From Acidobacteriota bacterium (GTDB lineage: Bacteria; Acidobacteriota; Thermoanaerobaculia; Multivoradales; Multivoraceae): a stretch of DNA of 64,000 bases. Below the pieces are notes generated by a model. That model saw nothing but the letters and a program-made list of their open reading frames with translations. It had not been told where the DNA came from and ran no database searches. A program made the position numbers and the translations under genes. The DNA lies in assembly GCA_021296535.1 (NCBI GenBank), contig JAGWAG010000001.1, positions 4,463-68,462 of the forward strand. The letters run 5' to 3'. This document shows positions 58,462 to 64,000 of this stretch, piece after piece (within the stretch, counting starts at the first letter, position 1; each line of letters starts with the position of its first letter).

Positions 58462-61409
58462 GCGGCCTCCCTCGCCGCGGCGGGCTCTCCGGCTTCCCCG
58501 CCGGCGGCCTCATCGGTCGCTCCCGACGCCTCGGGCATCAGCAGAACCTGGACCAGGTTCTCGCCGCCGAGGTAGTCCCGGGCGGCGCCACGAATCATGT
58601 CCGCATCGAGCTGGTCGAAGAGTTCTTCGTACTCCAGGATGGAGAGGGGATCCTCATCGAACTGGTACACGCTCTGCAGCACACCCAGCCAGAAGCCGTT
58701 CGTTTCCTTCGCTGTCTCCCGTCCGCGGCGTTGCTGCTCCTGGATCTGCGCCACTTCTTCGTCCGTCGCCGGGTCCGTGCGGATGCGGGCAATCTCCTCG
58801 TCGACCGCTTGCAGTAGTTCCTCCACCCTGCCCGGATCGCATCCGAACGTGATCTGCACCGCGAAGGTGGACACCGGGATCCTGTCCGAGCCTCCAGCCA
58901 CGTTCGCGCCGTAAGTGCCGCCCAGTTCCTCCCGCAGGCGTTCCCGCAGACGGTCGCGCAGCAGCGAGACCATCGAGTTCAACCGGTAGCGGTTCAACTG
59001 GGTCTGCTCAAAGGGGCCGCTGTGCACCAGCGCGACCTGGCTCTGCTCCTCCAGGCCCTTGTACACGGTCCGCTCGATGCGGCCCTCCGGCGCCCTCACC
59101 CCCACGTCTCTCCAGACTTCCTCGCGCCCTGTGGACGGGAGGCCACCGAGCCAGGTCTCGACCAGGGGTTCGATCGCATCGAGCTCGAAGCTGCCGGCGA
59201 AGACGAAGGTGAAGTCGGAGAAGTCGCGGAACCGGTCCTCGTAGACGGCGAAGATCCGGTCCTGATCGAGTTCCGCCAGCATCTCCTCGGTGACGATCCG
59301 CCGCCGTGGGTGTTCCTGGGTCAGGATCTCCTGCAGGGCCTTGGCCCAGGAGTACCTGGGCATCGCGCTCTGGTTGCGCAGCAGGGCGCCCTGGCGGGTC
59401 AGGAAGGACTCGTACGCCTCGGCGTCGCGGCGGGGCGACGTCCCGCTCAGGTAGATCAGCTCGAACAGGGTCTCCAGATCCTTCGGCGAACCCCGACCGC
59501 TGATGCCCTCGAAGAGAGGGCCGATGATTGGGCCGACCCGCGCCACTTTGCCGGCCAGCGCCTTGTTCAACTGGGTCAGGCTGAAGTTTCCGAATCCGGA
59601 GAGCTGGGCCACCGATGTCGCCAGGTTCGCTTCCAACCAGTCCTCGTCCGAGACCAGGGAGATGCCCCCGGGGCTGAAGGAGGCGACCAGGATCTCGTCG
59701 TTCTTGAAGTCACTCGGACGCAGGACGACCCGGACGCCGTTCGAGAGCCTCCACTCGGTGACCCCGAGCTCTTCGATCGCAGACCGTTCGACGATCCGGC
59801 CCGGCGACGGTCGGACGGGCACCAGCGCGCCCTCGCCGACATCGTCCTCGTAGGCCGCGACCTCCACCTGCTCGACCCGGCCGAAGGCGGCCAGCAGCTC
59901 TTCCTCGGGGGGCTGTTCGAGCCCCTCCTTTTCGGGACCGCTGGCCAGAATCACGCGGTCGTTGTCATGGATCCAGGAGTCCGCGACCGCGTTCACCTCG
60001 GCCAATTCGACTTCGGGCACGTACCGCCGCGCCAGCTCCCTTTCATAGGCGATGCCCGGAAACGGCTCATCGGTCAGGAAGTTCCGCGAGTACTCGCCGG
60101 TGTACGCGGCGGAGTGGGTCTTGTCCCGCTCGTCGTAGGCCCGCTCCATGCTGCGCAGCGTGTTCACCTTGGCGCGCTCCAGCTCGCTTTCCTCAAAACC
60201 GTGCCGGCGTGCCCGCTCGGACTCAGTGAGCAATGCCTCGAGAGCTCGGACCTGGCCGCCTTCGCGAGCTCCCGCGTAGAGCAGGTACAGGCTGCGCATG
60301 CGAGCCAGCGTGCCTCTGCTGCTCGTGGCGCCGATGAACGGAGGGTCTGCCTCCTCGGCACGCTCGGCCAGCCGGTTGTTCAACATGCCGTTGTAGAGAC
60401 CGCGCACCAGCCGGTCGCGGTAGTCGGCGACGGTGACGAATGGATCCACCGGGCCCTTGTACGCGACCGAGACCGAGGAACGCGACAGCTCCGGATCGCT
60501 GAAGATCGACACCAGCGTCTCCTCGTGGGGTGGTATATCGGCCTCGAACCGCTCCCGCGGCTCGTCCGGGCCCTCGAGCTTGCCGAAGCGCTCCCGAATC
60601 TCCGCCTCGACCGCCGTCGCGTCGAAGTCACCGACGGCAATCACTGCCATCAGGTCCGGCCGATACCAGTCGCGGTAGAAGTCCCGCAGCCGCTCCGGCG
60701 GAGCTTCGCGCAGGATCTCGGGGTCGCCGATAGGCAGTCGCTCGGCGTAGCGCGAGCCGTGGAAACGGTACGGGATCTCCGCATCGCGCTGCCGCGCGCC
60801 GGCGCCCCGGTCGCCTCGCCACTCCTCGACCACGACACCACGTTCCCTTTCGATCTCCTCGTCCTCCAGGCTGACGCCGGACGCCCAGTCCTCAAGTACC
60901 AAAAGCGCCGTGTCGAGAATCTCCGGGTCGTCGGTCGGCACTTCCAGCATGTAGACGGTCTCGTCGAAGCTCGTGTACGCGTTGACGTCCGGCCCGAACC
61001 GCATGCCGATGCTCTGGAGGTAGTCGAGCAGCTCCGTCTTCTCGAAGTTCCTCGTGCCGTTGAACGCCATGTGCTCGACGAAGTGCGCCAGGCCGCGCTG
61101 GTCGTCGTCCTCGAGCACGGAACCCGCACGCACGATGAGACGCAGGAAAGCCCGGTTCTCCGGCCGGCCATTGCTGCGCACGTAGTACCGAAGACCGTTG
61201 TCCAGTTCTCCGGTCAGCACGGCCGGATCCTGGGGCAGAACCTCGGTCAGCTCCCAGGTCCAGTCGCCGCCACCCTCCGCCGATTCGCCGGCGGCTTCCT
61301 CCTGCGCGACGGCGGCGGTGACACCGCCGACGAAGACGAACAGCGAGACGATTCCAACCAGGACACCGCGGTTCACGCTCAGCCCCGAAGGGCAACTCCA
61401 CTCGATCAT
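58458..61409 (-). CDS. Secreted M16-family (pitrilysin/insulinase-like) zinc peptidase, double-length
   Basis: 983 aa with a signal peptide and the inverted zinc motif GLAHFVEHMAFNGT (HxxEH). The length is consistent with two fused M16 halves. Confidence 0.88.
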   Translation of the reverse strand: MIEWSCPSGLSVNRGVLVGIVSLFVFVGGVTAAVAQEEAAGESAEGGGDWTWELTEVLPQDPAVLTGELDNGLRYYVRSNGRPENRAFLRLIVRAGSVLEDDDQRGLAHFVEHMAFNGTRNFEKTELLDYLQSIGMRFGPDVNAYTSFDETVYMLEVPTDDPEILDTALLVLEDWASGVSLEDEEIERERGVVVEEWRGDRGAGARQRDAEIPYRFHGSRYAERLPIGDPEILREAPPERLRDFYRDWYRPDLMAVIAVGDFDATAVEAEIRERFGKLEGPDEPRERFEADIPPHEETLVSIFSDPELSRSSVSVAYKGPVDPFVTVADYRDRLVRGLYNGMLNNRLAERAEEADPPFIGATSSRGTLARMRSLYLLYAGAREGGQVRALEALLTESERARRHGFEESELERAKVNTLRSMERAYDERDKTHSAAYTGEYSRNFLTDEPFPGIAYERELARRYVPEVELAEVNAVADSWIHDNDRVILASGPEKEGLEQPPEEELLAAFGRVEQVEVAAYEDDVGEGALVPVRPSPGRIVERSAIEELGVTEWRLSNGVRVVLRPSDFKNDEILVASFSPGGISLVSDEDWLEANLATSVAQLSGFGNFSLTQLNKALAGKVARVGPIIGPLFEGISGRGSPKDLETLFELIYLSGTSPRRDAEAYESFLTRQGALLRNQSAMPRYSWAKALQEILTQEHPRRRIVTEEMLAELDQDRIFAVYEDRFRDFSDFTFVFAGSFELDAIEPLVETWLGGLPSTGREEVWRDVGVRAPEGRIERTVYKGLEEQSQVALVHSGPFEQTQLNRYRLNSMVSLLRDRLRERLREELGGTYGANVAGGSDRIPVSTFAVQITFGCDPGRVEELLQAVDEEIARIRTDPATDEEVAQIQEQQRRGRETAKETNGFWLGVLQSVYQFDEDPLSILEYEELFDQLDADMIRGAARDYLGGENLVQVLLMPEASGATDEAAGGEAGEPAAAREAA

Positions 61410-61433
61410 CGTTCCTCCTAGCAGTCCGTCGCG

Positions 61434-62186
61434 TCAGCGCCTGCCTGCGGCAGCCGCCCCGCCTTCCACTCGCACCACCGCGCCGGCGGGGAGCGCCTCG
61501 ACCAGCGCCGCGAGCGCCAGGTCCGCAGCGCCGCGGCTACGGCTGTCCACCGTCAGTTTGACCCGATAGTCGCCGTCCATCACCGGATAGCTCCCGATCT
61601 CGACCTCGGCGTGAGCCGCAACGACCAGATCGAGCATCTCGGCGATGTCCGTTTCGCGGCACATCGTGTACACCGCCCGGCTGTAGAAACGGCGACCGGC
61701 CGCCAACCGGTCCCGCAACAGGGGCAGCTTCATGCGGAAGATCCGCGGCACCCCCGGCAAGACGTAGACGTTGTCCATCACGACAGAAGGCCAGGGCACC
61801 TCCGGCGTGCTGACCAGGTCGGCGCCTTCCGGCACGTCGGCCATTCGCAGGTGACCCTCCGTGCAGCGCTCCCCCACCATCTCGCGGATCTTGGTCACCA
61901 GTTCCGGCGAGCGAACCAGAGGCCGGTCAAAGGCGGCAGCTACCGCCTTCAGGGTGACGTCGTCGTGGGTCGGACCGACGCCGCCCGAAGTGATCACGTA
62001 GTCGAAGCTGCCTCTGAGCCGCTCGATGTCGCCCGCGATGCCGGCGATGTCGTCGGGGCAGACGACCACTCGGCGCAGCTCGATTCCGAGGCCGAACAGC
62101 TCACGCGCCAGCAGGGTCAGGTTCGCCTCCTCGACCTTGCCGGTGAGGATTTCGTTCCCGATGATCAACGCCGCCGCCGTGGGCAT
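61434..62186 (-). CDS. MoCF-biosynthesis (CinA N-terminal-like, molybdopterin-binding fold) domain protein
   Basis: 250 aa, with AAALIIGNEILTGKVEEANLTLLARELFGLGIEL...YVITSGGVGPTHDDVT...VYVLPGVP. Confidence 0.75.
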   Translation of the reverse strand: MPTAAALIIGNEILTGKVEEANLTLLARELFGLGIELRRVVVCPDDIAGIAGDIERLRGSFDYVITSGGVGPTHDDVTLKAVAAAFDRPLVRSPELVTKIREMVGERCTEGHLRMADVPEGADLVSTPEVPWPSVVMDNVYVLPGVPRIFRMKLPLLRDRLAAGRRFYSRAVYTMCRETDIAEMLDLVVAAHAEVEIGSYPVMDGDYRVKLTVDSRSRGAADLALAALVEALPAGAVVRVEGGAAAAGRR

Positions 62187-62195
62187 CGGCGTAGC

Positions 62196-62987
62196 TTACC
62201 GGCCCACGAAACGGGGCGGCCGGCGCTCGGTCAATGCCTGCACCCCCTCGCGCGCATCGGCGGTGCGGAAGGTGACCTCCTGCTCCGCGCTCTCCAGTTC
62301 GAGAGCCTCGTCGATCGACCGCTCGAAGGTGCCGCGCACGGTCCGCTTGGTCGCCTGCACCGCCACCGGGCCCGAGGCCGCGATCTCCATCGCCAGGTCT
62401 TCGACGACCTGGTCGAAGTCGTCGTCCGCCTCGCGACTGGCGATGCCCCAGTCGACCGCCGTCGCCGCGTCGATCAGCCGGCCGCTGTACAGGAGCTCGG
62501 CGGCGCGTGCGGGACCGATCAGGCGCGGGAGCGTCCAGGTCGCCGCCATGCCGGGGTGGATACCGAGACGCACGAAGGTCATCCCCACCCGCGCGCCCGT
62601 CCTGATCACCCGCATGTCGCACCCGAGCGCAAAGCACAGGCCGGCGCCGATCGCATGGCCGTTGATCGCCGCGATCGACGGTGCGTCGAGGCCGCGGACG
62701 GAGAGGTAGAGACGGTAGAAGTTCGCGCCGCCGCCAAGGCCGGGGCCCGAATCCGGATCTTCGCTGACCTCCTCCTGGATGCTCTTTAGGCTGCCGCCGG
62801 CGCTGAACGCCCGGCCGGCGCCGCGGACGATGACCACCCGGGTCTCGTCCCGGTCATTGATCAGCGGCACGGCGTCCCGGATTTCCGCGCCCATCGCGGA
62901 CGTCATCGCGTTCAACCGGGACGGCACGTTCAGGGTCAGCCGGGTGATCGGGCCCTGGTGGTCCAGCAGGATGTGTTCAAAGCTCAT
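62196..62987 (-). CDS. Enoyl-CoA hydratase/isomerase-family protein
   Basis: Trimmed to the ATG at 62987 (Shine-Dalgarno GAAGGAGGA). Contains ITRLTLNVPSRLNAM...VVIVRGAGRAFSAGGSL...AAINGHAIGAGLCFALGCDMR. Confidence 0.88.
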   Translation of the reverse strand: MSFEHILLDHQGPITRLTLNVPSRLNAMTSAMGAEIRDAVPLINDRDETRVVIVRGAGRAFSAGGSLKSIQEEVSEDPDSGPGLGGGANFYRLYLSVRGLDAPSIAAINGHAIGAGLCFALGCDMRVIRTGARVGMTFVRLGIHPGMAATWTLPRLIGPARAAELLYSGRLIDAATAVDWGIASREADDDFDQVVEDLAMEIAASGPVAVQATKRTVRGTFERSIDEALELESAEQEVTFRTADAREGVQALTERRPPRFVGR

Positions 62988-63008
62988 GGCGGTGGTCCTC
63001 CTTCGCGC

Positions 63009-63014
63009 TAGAAT
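63009..63014 (+). promoter_or_regulatory. Candidate -10 box TAGAAT, 7 nt upstream of the nfuA ATG (leaderless geometry)
   Basis: The sequence reads TTCGCGCTAGAATGCGGCGC-ATG. No Shine-Dalgarno sequence fits between the box and the start. The same CGCGCTAGAATG 12-mer occurs at the IHF promoter (16879-16890). Confidence 0.4.
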
Positions 63015-63021
63015 GCGGCGC

Positions 63022-63588
63022 ATGCTAACGATCACCGAGCTGGCACAGAAGAAGGTGGCCGAGGCGATGAAGGACGAGGATCGCGATGACCTCGCTCTTC
63101 GCATCGCGATCACCGGCCGTGGCGGTGGCGGCTTCCGCTACCAGATGGACCTGGTGGGAACAGACGAGACCCGGCCCGGCGACGAGGTGCTGGAAACCGA
63201 CGCGTTCAAGGTCTTCATCGACCCGGAGACCGCCCCGGACCTCAAGGGCGCGACGATCGACTTCATCACCCGGCTCTCCGAGAGCGGCTTCAAATTCGAC
63301 AATCCGAACTCGGTCTGGGGCGAGGGAGTCGCCGCCGACGTCCAGCGCGTCCTCGACGACCAGATCAATCCGCAGATCGCCGCCCATGGCGGCTTCGTCA
63401 CCCTGCTCGAGGTCAAGGACGAGACGGCGTTCATCACGATGGGCGGCGGCTGCCAGGGCTGCGGCATGGCCGACCTCACGTTGAAGCAGGGCGTCGAGCA
63501 GGCGATCCTCGAAGCGGTGCCGACCGTGCGTCGCGTCCTCGACACGACGGACCACGCTGCCGGCACGAACCCGTACTACGCGCCGTAG
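63022..63588 (+). CDS. nfuA: Fe-S cluster biogenesis protein NfuA (IscA-like N-domain + Nfu C-domain)
   Basis: Trimmed to the ATG at 63022. Contains MLTITELAQKKVAEAM...LRIAITGRGGGGFRYQMDL... and the C-domain IAAHGGFVTLLEV...MGGGCQGCGMADLTLKQGVE. Confidence 0.85.
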   Translation: MLTITELAQKKVAEAMKDEDRDDLALRIAITGRGGGGFRYQMDLVGTDETRPGDEVLETDAFKVFIDPETAPDLKGATIDFITRLSESGFKFDNPNSVWGEGVAADVQRVLDDQINPQIAAHGGFVTLLEVKDETAFITMGGGCQGCGMADLTLKQGVEQAILEAVPTVRRVLDTTDHAAGTNPYYAP

Positions 63589-63625
63589 CCGCTGGCGATT
63601 CCCGCCAACGCGGGACATGGCGGCG

Positions 63626-64000
63626 CTACTCTTCGGAGGTAGGACCGTCGGCCGGTCGGCCACTCTCCGCGGCCGCCATCGAGCGGCCGACGCGCCGCAG
63701 GGCGGCCAGGGTTTCCGGCGAATCCTCGATCTCGTTGAGCGCCCTGTGGATCTCAGCCGCCGTCCAGCCGGGAAAGGCCCGGCTGATCGGCGCTTCCACG
63801 TAGCCCGACCCGCGATGCAGGAAGATGGTCAGACCGGGCCGGCGGCTTCCTGCCGTCCTCGCCGAATCCGGCACTTCCACCCAGACCTCCGGCATGCCCC
63901 AGGCGGCGTAGTCGTCCAGCTTGCCGGCCCGGCCCCGACGACCGCGCCGCACGTCGGTCGAGAAATCCACCTCGAAAACGACATCCGGAAGCGGGTCGGC
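63626..64000 (-). CDS. Uma2-family (DUF820) putative endonuclease, C-terminal part; the 5' end runs off the window
   Basis: The frame stays open to the window edge. The product reads ...PDVVFEVDFSTDVRRGRRGRAGKLDDYAAWGMPEVWVEVP..., a typical Uma2 core. Confidence 0.75.
   Translation of the reverse strand, partial: ADPLPDVVFEVDFSTDVRRGRRGRAGKLDDYAAWGMPEVWVEVPDSARTAGSRRPGLTIFLHRGSGYVEAPISRAFPGWTAAEIHRALNEIEDSPETLAALRRVGRSMAAAESGRPADGPTSEE

Overview
The window is a gene-dense, high-G+C bacterial chromosomal segment. I call about 64 protein genes and one tRNA, and I see no rRNA, CRISPR array, transposase or integrase. All calls rest on reading the supplied translations and the DNA by eye; no database search was run.

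Most of the content is housekeeping:
- Nucleotide excision repair (uvrC, uvrB) and mismatch repair (mutS, and an endonuclease-type mutL in an mgtE-recO-mutL string).
- PBP1A, and the rpsF-rpsR-rplI ribosomal operon.
- A K+-type membrane pyrophosphatase.
- A conserved block: TPR protein, LolB-like lipoprotein, ispE, tRNA-Gln, prs, rplY, pth.
- ssb, dtd, tsaB, psd-pssA, trxB, asnS-rnc and nfuA.
- Two TRAP transporters of different classes (DctPQM and TAXI).

The accessory-looking part runs from about 39 to 54 kb. It holds a complete, translationally coupled F420 biosynthesis cluster (npdG-cofE-cofD-cofC-fbiC). Around it are two luciferase-like (LLM) oxidoreductases, two toxin-antitoxin pairs and a PaaK/F390-synthetase-family ligase.

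The observations I rank highest:
1. Three paralogous small membrane proteins with an invariant Cys-Cys motif surround a DUF2085 Cys/His membrane protein (30.3-32.4 kb).
2. An exact 26-nt repeat containing a palindrome occurs in two unlinked intergenic regions (8.3 kb and 22.0 kb).
3. The F420 cluster has a stand-alone CofE, which leaves the side-chain chemistry open.
4. Three genes show apparent frame disruptions: the TPR signal peptide, an LLM oxidoreductase and a DUF4230-like protein.
5. Several start codons sit 6-9 nt downstream of -10-like TANNNT boxes, which suggests leaderless mRNAs.
6. Four-nt NTGA stop/start overlaps are pervasive, and one of them implies a CTG start for rnc.

The many long antisense ORFs in the track are treated as high-GC artefacts.
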